Part shown: positions 38,099 through 46,787 of the stretch, piece after piece
Layout: every line of letters starts with the position of its first letter
How positions within the stretch are numbered: position 1 is the stretch's first letter
From: Clostridia bacterium
Lineage (GTDB): Bacteria > Bacillota > Clostridia > UMGS1840
NCBI GenBank assembly: GCA_045638525.1
Contig: JAZUBQ010000008.1
Coordinates: 13,233 to 77,232, forward strand
Direction: 5' to 3'
Length of the DNA: 64,000 bases
Program-made: the position numbers and the translations under genes
The notes under the pieces: model-generated
What the model was told of the DNA's origin: nothing
The model's database searches: none
The model's input: only the letters and a program-made list of their open reading frames with translations

Positions 38099-38851
38099 TT
38101 ATACAGTTTGGTAAAAACCGTGGTATGTTTTGCCGCTTACCACTTCTAAAGACAAGTCTGTAAGCAATTTGCGAAGGGTGTTCAGGGCCGGTGCTTCTGT
38201 TTCAAAATGACCGGCAGTTACCATGCAAAGATTCAAACTTTCTGCCAGTTGATATTCGTGGTACTTTGCTTCTCCGGTCAGATATACGTCACAGTCCGCC
38301 ATTTCTGCCACCATACTACCACCACTTCCTCCAACAACAGCAACCGAGCGAATCAAACGATCTAAGTCGCCATTATAATTCACTTGAGAAATGGCAAGAC
38401 CATCTTTCACACGGGCGATAAACTCCCTAAGAGTGATGGGTTCCTGATAAAAACCTTTGCGATAGATACACGGCTCGTCCGTCTGATAATCTGAAAGTTC
38501 CAGAAGTTCACAAAGACAGTCATTGACACCGTGGTGACAACTGTCAAAATTGGTGTGCATGGAATACACTGCAATTTTATGCTCCAACAGTGTACCGATT
38601 TGTTTGCATTTTGGGTCTTCCAGATTGATGGATTTTAAGCCATTCATCAAAAAAGGGTGATGACTGACAATCAAATCACATCCGTTTTTGACAGCAAAAT
38701 CAATCACAGAATCGGTGACATCCAACGCAACATAGCATTTTTGAATGTCCCACAGTGGGTGCCCCAACATCAGCCCCACATTATCCCAACTTTCGGCAAA
38801 CTGAGGGGGAAAAGCGGTTTCCAGTTTTTGTATAATATCTTTTAATAGCAT
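38099..38851 (-). CDS. Nif3-like dinuclear metal centre protein (YbgI/YqfO family)
   Basis: WDNVGLMLG, LIVSHHP and a C-terminal TAGHFETE motif. The ATG at 38851 lies downstream of AAGGGTG; the GTG at 38863 is an alternative start. Confidence 0.85.
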   Translation of the reverse strand: MLLKDIIQKLETAFPPQFAESWDNVGLMLGHPLWDIQKCYVALDVTDSVIDFAVKNGCDLIVSHHPFLMNGLKSINLEDPKCKQIGTLLEHKIAVYSMHTNFDSCHHGVNDCLCELLELSDYQTDEPCIYRKGFYQEPITLREFIARVKDGLAISQVNYNGDLDRLIRSVAVVGGSGGSMVAEMADCDVYLTGEAKYHEYQLAESLNLCMVTAGHFETEAPALNTLRKLLTDLSLEVVSGKTYHGFYQTV

Positions 38852-38925
38852 TATTTCACGCACCCTTTTTTATGGAATTTGTGCTTTTATTATATACGCT
38901 CCAAAGGGTTTTGTCAATTCTTTGG

Positions 38926-39537
38926 TTATAAAAAAAGGTATCTGCAAAGTATTGGCAATAAGAATGCTTTTAACGTAACTGCCAAAAGCACCATAAGACT
39001 TCCTAACATAAAAGCGGAAATCAAAAGCAAAAGCTCGGTTTTTACGCTTTGTTTTGGTGAAAGACGGTGGGTGATTGCACAGAGTAAAAAACGATTGGTG
39101 TAATAGCAACGACAGCTTACCACCAAAAGAGCGGGGAGCAGACAAACAATTTGGATTAGCAGAAATAATCCACCTAAAAAGAAACCTTTCAGACCAAAAG
39201 CTTTGATTAAAAACGTGAGAAAAAAACCAAAGGAAAAACCGCTTTTAAATACGAAAAAAATCATAACAGGAAGGCCTGCCAGCCAGAGAGAGGACAAAAA
39301 AATGAAAAGATAAGGCGTGATTTCTTCCGAAAACAGAAGTCGGATGTCCGGGGTGGACTGCTTGGAAGATTCGATAAATCGGTTCGCTAAATTAAGGGCT
39401 TCCGAAAAGGCATCCTGTTCGGCAAGATTGGCATAAAAGCCACCGATAAAAAATCCCAGAATAAACAGAGCTAAAATGATCAGATAACAGATTTTTTGAT
39501 TTGTCAGATGATTTCTTAATTTGCCTGATTGAAACAA
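38926..39537 (-). CDS. spoIIM: Stage II sporulation protein M-like membrane protein (DUF95 family)
   Basis: Polytopic membrane protein of about 200 aa with SpoIIM-like topology. The TTG at 39537 is preceded by AGGAGG (8-nt spacing). The upstream part of the ORF-track frame (to 39633) overlaps a consensus promoter for ldh on the other strand. Confidence 0.55.
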   Translation of the reverse strand: MFQSGKLRNHLTNQKICYLIILALFILGFFIGGFYANLAEQDAFSEALNLANRFIESSKQSTPDIRLLFSEEITPYLFIFLSSLWLAGLPVMIFFVFKSGFSFGFFLTFLIKAFGLKGFFLGGLFLLIQIVCLLPALLVVSCRCYYTNRFLLCAITHRLSPKQSVKTELLLLISAFMLGSLMVLLAVTLKAFLLPILCRYLFL

Positions 39538-39626
39538 TGTTTTTTCCTCCTGTTGCAGGGATGATACTTTACTATATGAAATCAACCGCCAAAAAAGAAG
39601 AAATGAATGAAAATAATAAAAAAGAA

Positions 39627-39655
39627 TTGACAAAACAGAAATTTTTTGGTAAAAT
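39627..39655 (+). promoter_or_regulatory. Strong sigma-A-type promoter upstream of the LDH-family gene
   Basis: TTGACA (39627-39632), a 17-nt spacer, then TGgTAAAAT (extended -10, ending at 39655). Confidence 0.6.
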
Positions 39656-39727
39656 GAATTCAGTAAAATAAAATGGGTAAGAATCGTTTGATTTTGACCG
39701 ATTCATCACAGAAAAGAGGTATATACT

Positions 39728-40672
39728 ATGAGCAAAAAGAAAAAAGTTACAGTCATTGGTACCGGTTTTGTAGGTGCTTCCATTGCATACACCATCGCAG
39801 CAAGAAATTTAGCACATGAAATGGTGTTAATCGACGTAAATGCAGATAAAGCATATGGTGAAGCGTTGGATATTTCTCACGCTTGTCCCGTATTTGGTTC
39901 TATGAAAATCACCTCCGGTGATTACTCTAACATCAAAGACAGCGATGTTATCATCATCACCGCCGGTGTAAACAGAAAACCCGGCGAAACCAGAATGGAC
40001 CTGGCAAGCAAAAACGTTTCTATTATGAAAAGCATCGTAGGTGATGTTATGAAACATTACAACGGCGGTATTTTCGTAATCGTATCTAACCCCGTTGACG
40101 TGTTAACCACTCTGGTTCAGAAATGGACCGGTCTGCCCGCAGGTAAAGTTATCGGTTCCGGTACTTACCTGGATACCATCCGTCTGCAGCAGAAACTGTA
40201 TGACTTGTTCGATATGAACGTTAAAAACATTCACGCTATGATGATTGGTGAACACGGCGAAACTCAGTTCCCCTACTGGAGCCATGCAACCATCGCAGGT
40301 GAATCTATCTTAAACTTAAACACCATTCACGGTCATCCTTTAACTGAAGAAGAAAAAGCTCAGATTAAAGAAGAAGTGAAATTAGGCGGTGCAGCAATTA
40401 TCAAAAACAAAGGTGCTACCTATTTTGGTGTTGCAAGTGCTGTAAGTGATATTACCGATGCTATCTTAAACGGTAAAGACAGAGTTCTGCCCGTAAGCAT
40501 CAACAAAGAAGAAATCTACGGTTTCACCAACGTTGCAGTTAGTATGCCCAGAATCGTAAGCAGCGAAGGCGTAGAAATGGATATCCCCGTAGTTCTCTCC
40601 GCTGACGAAGAAGAACTGATGAAGAAATCCGTGGAAAATGTATATAACATTACCAAAGAATTCTTAGACTAA
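39728..40672 (+). CDS. ldh: L-2-hydroxyacid dehydrogenase of the LDH/MDH family (LDH-like scaffold, Arg at the substrate-specificity position)
   Basis: VTVIGTGFVGAS NAD motif, ITAGVNRKPGETRMDL loop, SNPVD, and IGEHGETQ (catalytic His). The loop has N-R where canonical L-LDHs have N-Q. Confidence 0.85.
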   Translation: MSKKKKVTVIGTGFVGASIAYTIAARNLAHEMVLIDVNADKAYGEALDISHACPVFGSMKITSGDYSNIKDSDVIIITAGVNRKPGETRMDLASKNVSIMKSIVGDVMKHYNGGIFVIVSNPVDVLTTLVQKWTGLPAGKVIGSGTYLDTIRLQQKLYDLFDMNVKNIHAMMIGEHGETQFPYWSHATIAGESILNLNTIHGHPLTEEEKAQIKEEVKLGGAAIIKNKGATYFGVASAVSDITDAILNGKDRVLPVSINKEEIYGFTNVAVSMPRIVSSEGVEMDIPVVLSADEEELMKKSVENVYNITKEFLD

Positions 40673-40676
40673 GGTT

Positions 40677-40795
40677 CGATAAAATTGTTTCAAATGGATG
40701 AATCTCACCGCTCGCCGTACACTCGGTACGGCTTCGGGCACTGTCAAGGCGTTGCCTTGATTCGATTTCTCCATTTCAAATCAATTTTCTCATCG
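40677..40795. repeat. Structured palindromic element: ~27-bp imperfect AT-rich inverted arms around a GC-rich core with two perfect hairpins
   Basis: The arms CGATAAAATTGTTTCAAATGGATGAATC (40677-40704) and GATTCGATTTCTCCATTTCAAATCAATTTTCTCATCG (40759-40795) are imperfect reverse complements. Inner hairpins are GCCGTAC-ACTCG-GTACGGC (40714-40732) and CAAGGC-GTT-GCCTTG (40745-40759). Confidence 0.45.
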
Positions 40796-40813
40796 CCTTA
40801 CATTTTTAAAGTA

Positions 40814-40847
40814 AAAAAGCTGAATCAATTTTGATTCAGCTTTTTTG
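40814..40847. terminator. Bidirectional rho-independent terminator
   Basis: AAAAAAGCTGAATCAA-TT-TTGATTCAGCTTTTTT is a near-perfect palindrome with flanking A- and T-runs. Confidence 0.85.
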
Positions 40848-40856
40848 TATCTACTA

Positions 40857-41024
40857 CTATTTATTTTTTTGATTCTTTTTTTGAAATCTCACCATAGAAC
40901 ACACAACCAAAAGGATTCCCAAAGTAAACAATGAAGCGCCATTTGCAGTGTTCAGTTGGTTGGCAAATGCGCCGATTAAGATACCGCCAATGGCAAGGCA
41001 GAGCATCGAAATTGCTTTTTTCAT
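40857..41024 (-). CDS. Unlisted small ORF: 55-aa predicted membrane peptide downstream of mntR
   Basis: Minus strand: GAAAGGAG-tcttgt-ATG, encoding MKKAISMLCLAIGGILIGAFANQLNTANGASLFTLGILLVVCSMVRFQKKNQKNK*. It has two hydrophobic stretches and a basic tail, sits 18 nt after the mntR stop, and ends at the terminator. Confidence 0.4.
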   Translation of the reverse strand: MKKAISMLCLAIGGILIGAFANQLNTANGASLFTLGILLVVCSMVRFQKKNQKNK

Positions 41025-41042
41025 ACAAGACTCCTTTCTCGA

Positions 41043-41411
41043 TTAGTTATTTCTATCCAAAAAAGATTTGATTTTTTCAAAGCTTTCCTGACTCAAATCG
41101 TGTTCGATTTTACAACTGTCTTCGTATGCGGTTTCTTCTGAAACGCCAAGGTATATCAAAGCTTTGGCAATCACCTGATGCCGTTCATACATATTATCGG
41201 CAATATTGGTGCCGCTTTCTGTTAAATTGATGTTGCCGGCTTCATCCACCGTGATGTAGCCTTCTTCTCTAAGATGTTTCATGGCAACCGATACACTGGG
41301 CTTTGAAACCTCCAGTTGATGTGCAATATCAATGCTGCGGACATATCCCAATTTGTGTTTTAGCATCAAAATGGTTTCCAGATAGTTTTCAGCAGATTCT
41401 TTAATTTTCAT
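41043..41411 (-). CDS. mntR: DtxR/MntR-family metal-dependent transcriptional regulator (short form)
   Basis: SAENYLETILML, an HTH (IAHQLEVSKPSVSVAMKHLREEGYI) and LTESG. RBS AAAGGAG. Confidence 0.8.
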   Translation of the reverse strand: MKIKESAENYLETILMLKHKLGYVRSIDIAHQLEVSKPSVSVAMKHLREEGYITVDEAGNINLTESGTNIADNMYERHQVIAKALIYLGVSEETAYEDSCKIEHDLSQESFEKIKSFLDRNN

Positions 41412-41435
41412 AAAAATCTCCTTTCGGGACAGATT

Positions 41436-41768
41436 TTAGAAGATGACCTGCACCAAAATCATATAGAGCAGGGTTCCACCACCTACGCTGATGAGAATAT
41501 TTCGTTTCCAAAGGTGAACGGCGGTGATGGATAACAGCGCAATGGCTTCCGGCAGTCCGTATGAGGGACTGAGAAGGGAAACGTCTTTTAAGCAGTACAC
41601 CAGAAGCATCCCGATGGTGGCATAGGGGAGAACCTTGCCCAGATAGAGGATGAAGTTTGGTGTTTTTTTATGTGGAGGGAATATCAGGAAGGGTAACGCT
41701 CTGGTTAAAAAGGTAGCAACTGCCGACACTAAAATGATGAGCAGTGCCTGATGAATTGGAAGTGTCAT
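41436..41768 (-). CDS. azlD: Branched-chain amino acid exporter small subunit AzlD
   Basis: About 110 aa with four TM segments, following azlC with a TAATG stop/start overlap at 41768. The ORF-track extension to 41810 is rejected. Confidence 0.8.
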   Translation of the reverse strand: MTLPIHQALLIILVSAVATFLTRALPFLIFPPHKKTPNFILYLGKVLPYATIGMLLVYCLKDVSLLSPSYGLPEAIALLSITAVHLWKRNILISVGGGTLLYMILVQVIF

Positions 41769-42454
41769 TAAAATTTCGCCTCCAATCTTCTTTTTAAAAT
41801 GCCGGAACAAATCAGAATTATGCTCATTGCAGGCAGTAAGAAGTTATTGGCACCTGCCACTAACAAGCAAAGAACAGAAACTCCGATTCCCACAAATTGG
41901 GGGATATGCGTTTTGGAATCTTTCCACTGATCCAAGAAAATAACCATAAACAGAGCCGTCATCACAAAATCAATTCCTTTGGAGTTAAAAGGAATGGCTG
42001 TTCCGATAATATTTCCCAAAACACAACTTGCAATCCAGTACAGGTGGTCTAATAACCCGATGGAAAAATAAAACTCGTGTTCATCCACATCTTTGGGAGC
42101 TTTGACACCGCAAAGCAGAGAATAGGTCTCATCGGTCAGGGAAAACATCATATAAAATCGTTTTTTACCGGCAGCTTTGAACCGTTCCAATAAGGATAAT
42201 CCGTAAAATAAGTGGCGAAGGTTCACCATTAACGTGACAACAAAGGCGTTTACCAGATCAAAGGGTGAGGTTAGAAAACCGATTGCCACAAATTGACCGC
42301 TTCCGGCGAACATTGTCACGCTCATAATCAGTGCCCAAATAGGCCCGTAGCCTTTGCTGCTTAGCAGGATGCCGAAGGCAGAACCTAAAAAGAGGTAGCC
42401 AAGCAATACGGGAATGGTATAGGGGAATGCTTTTTTTAGCGATGATAGCTTCAT
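41768..42454 (-). CDS. azlC: Branched-chain amino acid exporter subunit AzlC
   Basis: 228 aa polytopic protein with AzlC-type strings (FAGSGQFVAIG, NLRHLFYGLSL, FSLTDETYS). Confidence 0.85.
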   Translation of the reverse strand: MKLSSLKKAFPYTIPVLLGYLFLGSAFGILLSSKGYGPIWALIMSVTMFAGSGQFVAIGFLTSPFDLVNAFVVTLMVNLRHLFYGLSLLERFKAAGKKRFYMMFSLTDETYSLLCGVKAPKDVDEHEFYFSIGLLDHLYWIASCVLGNIIGTAIPFNSKGIDFVMTALFMVIFLDQWKDSKTHIPQFVGIGVSVLCLLVAGANNFLLPAMSIILICSGILKRRLEAKF

Positions 42455-42481
42455 AGGGACTCCGTTTATTTTTGCTTTTTT

Positions 42482-43756
42482 CTAAATTTCTTTTTGAGAC
42501 ATTTTTTGTACTGCGTTTAATTTTTCTATATCCAGGGTGGGATAGGTTCCGTCTTTATATAATACCTTTCCATCCACCATCGTCAGACAAACATCGGTGC
42601 CTGAAGCGGAATAGACCAGATTGTTACACAAATTATGGACAGGTTTCCAGTAGGGTTCGTTCATATCCAAAACGATTAAATCCGCTTGATTTCCAACTTT
42701 TAAGGAACCGGAATTCAATCTTCCCTGTGCGATGGCACCGGCTGTTGTAGCGGCGTAAATGGCTTCCTTGGGAGTAACGATGGCAGGGTCGTTGGCACGA
42801 ACTTTTTGAAGAAGTGCAAAGAGTTTGATTTCTTCTATCATATTCAAAGAATTGTTACTAGCTACGCTGTCGGTACCGATTCCCACATTGATGCCATACT
42901 TAAACAGAGTTTTTACATCGCAGATACCGCTTGCCAATTTTAAATTGGAGGCAGGGCAACTTGCCACAGAGACGCCTTTTTCTTTCATAATGGCAAAGTC
43001 ATCTCCCGAAAGATGTACACAATGTGCCGCCAATACAGGGGAATCCAGAACACCAAGATGGTTGAAATACTGGATGGGAGTCATTTTGTTGTGACGCTCC
43101 ATACATCCTTTATGTTCTCCTTCGGTTTCGGAAATGTGAATATGAATCGGTAAGTTATGTTCTTTGGCATGTTCAGAAATTTCACGGATGGTTCGTTCTG
43201 TGTTGGTGTATTCTCCGTGAATCGAAAAGTCAATTTTGATTTGACCGTTATTGCAGTTGTGGTAGTCTCTTACCAGAATTTTATTTTCCTGATAAGCAGG
43301 TAAATCGTGATAACTTGCATCAGAAAAACAAGTGATTCCACGGCTTAAATTGCATTTTACACCCACTTCCAGAAAGGCTTTTAACATATCTTCACAGAAA
43401 TAGTACATATCACTTGTGGAAACAATCCCAAACCGAAGCATTTCCGCAATGCCAAGCAGAGTTCCCACATAAATATCTTCCGAGGTCAGCGTGTCTTCAT
43501 AGGGGAAGATTTTTTTGTTGAGCCAGTCATCTAAGCACAGATTTTCACCGTAGCCTCTCATAAAAGTCATAGGAGTATGACTGTGCAGATTGAAAAATCC
43601 GCTCATCAAAAGCTTTCCGTTTCCGTTGTAGCGTTCTTCGCCGGTTTCGGGACAAGTATCTCCGATATAGGTGATTTTAGAACCCTCGGTCAAGACATAC
43701 TGATGATCTTTTACTTCTAAATTTTCATCTAAAATAGTAATATTTTCAAATAACAT
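42482..43756 (-). CDS. Amidohydrolase, MtaD-like (5'-methylthioadenosine/S-adenosylhomocysteine deaminase family)
   Basis: The metal-binding HSHTPMTFMRG (HxH), HISETEGE, AHCVH and GTDS motifs are typical of the chlorohydrolase/MtaD subgroup. Confidence 0.8.
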   Translation of the reverse strand: MLFENITILDENLEVKDHQYVLTEGSKITYIGDTCPETGEERYNGNGKLLMSGFFNLHSHTPMTFMRGYGENLCLDDWLNKKIFPYEDTLTSEDIYVGTLLGIAEMLRFGIVSTSDMYYFCEDMLKAFLEVGVKCNLSRGITCFSDASYHDLPAYQENKILVRDYHNCNNGQIKIDFSIHGEYTNTERTIREISEHAKEHNLPIHIHISETEGEHKGCMERHNKMTPIQYFNHLGVLDSPVLAAHCVHLSGDDFAIMKEKGVSVASCPASNLKLASGICDVKTLFKYGINVGIGTDSVASNNSLNMIEEIKLFALLQKVRANDPAIVTPKEAIYAATTAGAIAQGRLNSGSLKVGNQADLIVLDMNEPYWKPVHNLCNNLVYSASGTDVCLTMVDGKVLYKDGTYPTLDIEKLNAVQKMSQKEI

Positions 43757-43773
43757 ATAAAAAATTTCTCCTT

Positions 43774-44403
43774 CTACAGGCGATAGAAATTGCGGTTGAT
43801 TTCTTGTGCGGTTACGGTGGCGTTGGTTGTTTCTGTCAAATCAGCCAATAACTTTTGGTAGCTGTTTTCCTCAATGTAGTACTGCATAGTGATCTGATCT
43901 GCATATTCTACATTGGTTTTACGGCAATCGTGTTTTCTTAAGATATGTTCCACGGTGCCAAACAAATGATAGGGACAGTTGATTTGAAATTCCACACATT
44001 CTGCCATGGTGATGACTTCCGATGCGGTGACTCCTTCGTGAGCAGATTTGGAATATGCCCGAATCAGCCCGCCTGCGCCAAGTAAGGTGCCTCCAAAATA
44101 GCGCACCACAATGGATAAGGTATCGGTGATTTCCCCTTTGGAAAGCACTTCCAATACGGGAACTCCTGCGGTACCTTGCGGTTCTCCGTCATCGGAAAAA
44201 CGCTGAATCTGATTGTTGCGGATGCGATAAGCAAACACAACGTGCGTAGCATCGTAATATTTTTTTCGAGCCGCTTCCAGATGGGTGAGCGCTTCTTCTT
44301 CGGTGGTAACAGGATATGTCAGCGAAATAAAACGGGATTTTTTCTCGATAATTTCCACTTCGCTGGGGGTTAGGACGGTTTTATAACTGCTCATATTGGG
44401 CAA
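43774..44403 (-). CDS. yigZ: YigZ/IMPACT-family protein (UPF0029)
   Basis: IEKKSRFI..., FSDDGEPQGTAGVPVL and VVRYFGGTLLGAGGL motifs. It overlaps the hflX stop by 23 nt, or 14 nt if the second Met is used. Confidence 0.8.
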   Translation of the reverse strand: MPNMSSYKTVLTPSEVEIIEKKSRFISLTYPVTTEEEALTHLEAARKKYYDATHVVFAYRIRNNQIQRFSDDGEPQGTAGVPVLEVLSKGEITDTLSIVVRYFGGTLLGAGGLIRAYSKSAHEGVTASEVITMAECVEFQINCPYHLFGTVEHILRKHDCRKTNVEYADQITMQYYIEENSYQKLLADLTETTNATVTAQEINRNFYRL

Positions 44404-45640
44404 TCAACTCCTCTTTTCCGTAAACGGTGAGTTCTTGGTATTCGTTTTCATATTTGGTGTCCAAAACTTTCAACTGGTCGTGGATTCTGGAAACCAAATA
44501 GGATTTATCGTAGGGAATCCGAAGAATTTTTTCCACTTCGGTAGTACGGGTCATTTCGGTGATTTTTTGCAACAGTTCATTGATATGGAATCCTGTTTTT
44601 GCAGAAACCATAATGCTGTCTTTTTCTGAAATAAATTCTTCGGTTAAGTTATCGGTTTTATTGTAAACCAAAAGAGTGGGTTTTGCTTCGGCACCCAGGT
44701 CTTTCAGGAGATTTTCTACCGTTTGTTTTTGAATAGGCAGGTTTTCGTCAGTAGCATCCATTACGTGAAGCAGTAAGTCAGCAGTGGTACAAACCTCCAA
44801 GGTGGATTTAAACGCTTCCACCAGATGATGGGGAAGTTTTCGGATAAAACCAACCGTATCGGTCAACACAGCAGGACGGTCATCCGCTAAATTCAGCTTT
44901 TTGGATAACGGGTCCAAGGTGGCAAACACCATGTCTTCCACATATTGCGCCGAACCTGTTAAAGCATTTAACAAGGAGGATTTTCCTGCGTTAGTGTAAC
45001 CTACCAGGGCAATATTGACTACTTCATTTTTTTCACGTTGTTTTCGTTGGGTTTCACGATTTTTCTGAATTTCTTTCAGTTCACGGCGTAGGTTAGAGAT
45101 TCGTTCCCGGATGTGACGTTTGTCGGTTTCTAACTGAGTTTCCCCGGGACCACGAGTACCAATACCGCCTCCCAGACGGGAAAGGGAAGTGCCGATTCCG
45201 GAAAGTCGTGGCAAGTGGTAAAGAAGTTGTGCCAACTCTACCTGACATTTTCCTTCACGGGTGGTAGCACGCAGTGCAAAAATATCTAAAATCAAACGGG
45301 AACGGTCAATGACACGGACATTTAATTCTGCTTCAATGTTTCGGGTGTGAGAACCGGAAAGTTCACAGTCAAACACCACCAGATTGGCATCCAATTCCAT
45401 AATGGCGTTTTTTAGCTCTTCAATTTTTCCTTTTCCAAGTACAGTTCTGGTGTCGGGAGCCTCTCTGTTTTGGGTGATTTCGCCAACTACCTCGGCACCG
45501 GAAGCTTCACAAAGAGCTTTCAATTCTTCCAAGGACTGTGCATCGGAATCATCCAGTTTTCCTGTTCCTAAAAACACACCGCACACAATACACTTTTCAA
45601 TTTTTTCATTATTTTCAAAAAAGTCAGTTGAATGTTCCAT
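44381..45640 (-). CDS. hflX: GTPase HflX
   Basis: HflX N-domain (ILDIFALRATTREGKCQVELAQL) and G-domain G1 VGYTNAGKSSLLNALTG, G3 DTVGF, G4 NKTD. Confidence 0.9.
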   Translation of the reverse strand: MEHSTDFFENNEKIEKCIVCGVFLGTGKLDDSDAQSLEELKALCEASGAEVVGEITQNREAPDTRTVLGKGKIEELKNAIMELDANLVVFDCELSGSHTRNIEAELNVRVIDRSRLILDIFALRATTREGKCQVELAQLLYHLPRLSGIGTSLSRLGGGIGTRGPGETQLETDKRHIRERISNLRRELKEIQKNRETQRKQREKNEVVNIALVGYTNAGKSSLLNALTGSAQYVEDMVFATLDPLSKKLNLADDRPAVLTDTVGFIRKLPHHLVEAFKSTLEVCTTADLLLHVMDATDENLPIQKQTVENLLKDLGAEAKPTLLVYNKTDNLTEEFISEKDSIMVSAKTGFHINELLQKITEMTRTTEVEKILRIPYDKSYLVSRIHDQLKVLDTKYENEYQELTVYGKEELIAQYEQL

Positions 45641-46459
45641 CTATATCATTCCTTTATCCAGCATTTCAATCACGGATTTGATAGCATGTTGTTCGCAAGT
45701 GACGGGAAGCACCACGTCGGCAACTTCTTTTAAGCCTTGGTTTGCATTGTTTACTGCAATGCCGACTCCTGCCGTTTCCAGCATTTCTTTGTCGTTCATA
45801 TTATCTCCCACCGCATAACATTTTTCGGGTGAAATGTTTAAAATTTGCAATAATTCGGTTAAGGCAGACCCTTTGTGAACGCCGTGAGGCAACAGCTCGA
45901 AATAATGTTCTTCACTTCGTACAAAACTGTATTCGGGGTAGAGAGGAGGGATGTTGTTTTCCAACATATCGGTTTCTTCGGTTTCTGCTGCCATTAAGAT
46001 TTTGCACCATTCGGGAGTTTCTTCGTCCAAAGAGTGCCATTTGATTTGGTTATCGGGAAAGATTTTTTCATCGTTGATATGCTTTCTCACGTAAGGGTTG
46101 TCTGTAAAGAACAAAATCTCGTCCGGTGTAAATGCTTCAATACCAAGCCAAGGATAATTTTTGTGAATTTCTTTGGCGATTTCTTTATAGTTTCCGGAAA
46201 GTAATTTGGCATATAATACCCGGTTGGTTAAAGGGTTTTTGATGATGCCGCCGTTATGAGAAATCACGGGAATGTCAGGTTCGATTTCATCAAAATAACT
46301 CTCCAAAGATTGATATATCCGTCCTGATGCCACCGTAAATTTTCCGCCATTTTCTCTGAAATAGCGGATGGCATCCAGATTTTCTTTGGAAATGATTTTT
46401 TCTTCGTTTAAAAGTGTTCCATCCATATCGGAAACTAAGAGGATTCCATCGAATTTCAT
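45641..46459 (-). CDS. Cof-type HAD-IIB phosphatase
   Basis: LLVSDMDGTLL (DxD), ASGR and GDNMNDKEML motifs. The ATG at 46459 (MKFDG) has AAAGGA upstream; the ORF-track extension to 46531 is rejected. Confidence 0.8.
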   Translation of the reverse strand: MKFDGILLVSDMDGTLLNEEKIISKENLDAIRYFRENGGKFTVASGRIYQSLESYFDEIEPDIPVISHNGGIIKNPLTNRVLYAKLLSGNYKEIAKEIHKNYPWLGIEAFTPDEILFFTDNPYVRKHINDEKIFPDNQIKWHSLDEETPEWCKILMAAETEETDMLENNIPPLYPEYSFVRSEEHYFELLPHGVHKGSALTELLQILNISPEKCYAVGDNMNDKEMLETAGVGIAVNNANQGLKEVADVVLPVTCEQHAIKSVIEMLDKGMI

Positions 46460-46656
46460 AGGAGAGTTCCTTTCCCTGATATAAAAATTTGCATACATAA
46501 TTATTATACACCAATTCTTCTGTAAATTCAAGCTTTTTTCTGAAAATCAAACGGCGAGAACCACTTTATCGTCCTTTTTTGCGAAAAACTGTTGATATTT
46601 TTTGTTTTGTGTGGAAAAATGGCGATTTTTCGTATGAAAACGCTGTTTTTTTTGGA

Positions 46657-46685
46657 TTGATTCGTCAAATTTTTCGTGCTATAAT
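46657..46685 (+). promoter_or_regulatory. Sigma-A-type promoter upstream of small ORF
   Basis: TTGATT (46657-46662), a 17-nt spacer ending in TGc, then TATAAT (46680-46685). Confidence 0.5.
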
Positions 46686-46787
46686 AAAGAAAAGCTTACT
46701 CCCTTGTCATAGAAATCAAGATGACAAAATCTGAGAAATACAAAGCTTTTATTGCTTTTTTCGAGCAAACCGGAAGGGGATGAAGGT

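Noticed and set aside
39538-39633. The 5' 32 codons of the long spoIIM-like ORF.
   Set aside because: This stretch overlaps a near-perfect TTGACA-17-TGgTAAAAT promoter for the divergent dehydrogenase gene. An AGGAGG-TTG start at 39537 gives a protein of typical SpoIIM length.
39681-39705. GAATCG-N12-CGATTC inverted repeat in the dehydrogenase leader, considered as a Rex or other operator.
   Set aside because: It does not match the Rex box (TTGTGAA-N4-TTCACAA), and a 6-bp arm alone is weak evidence.
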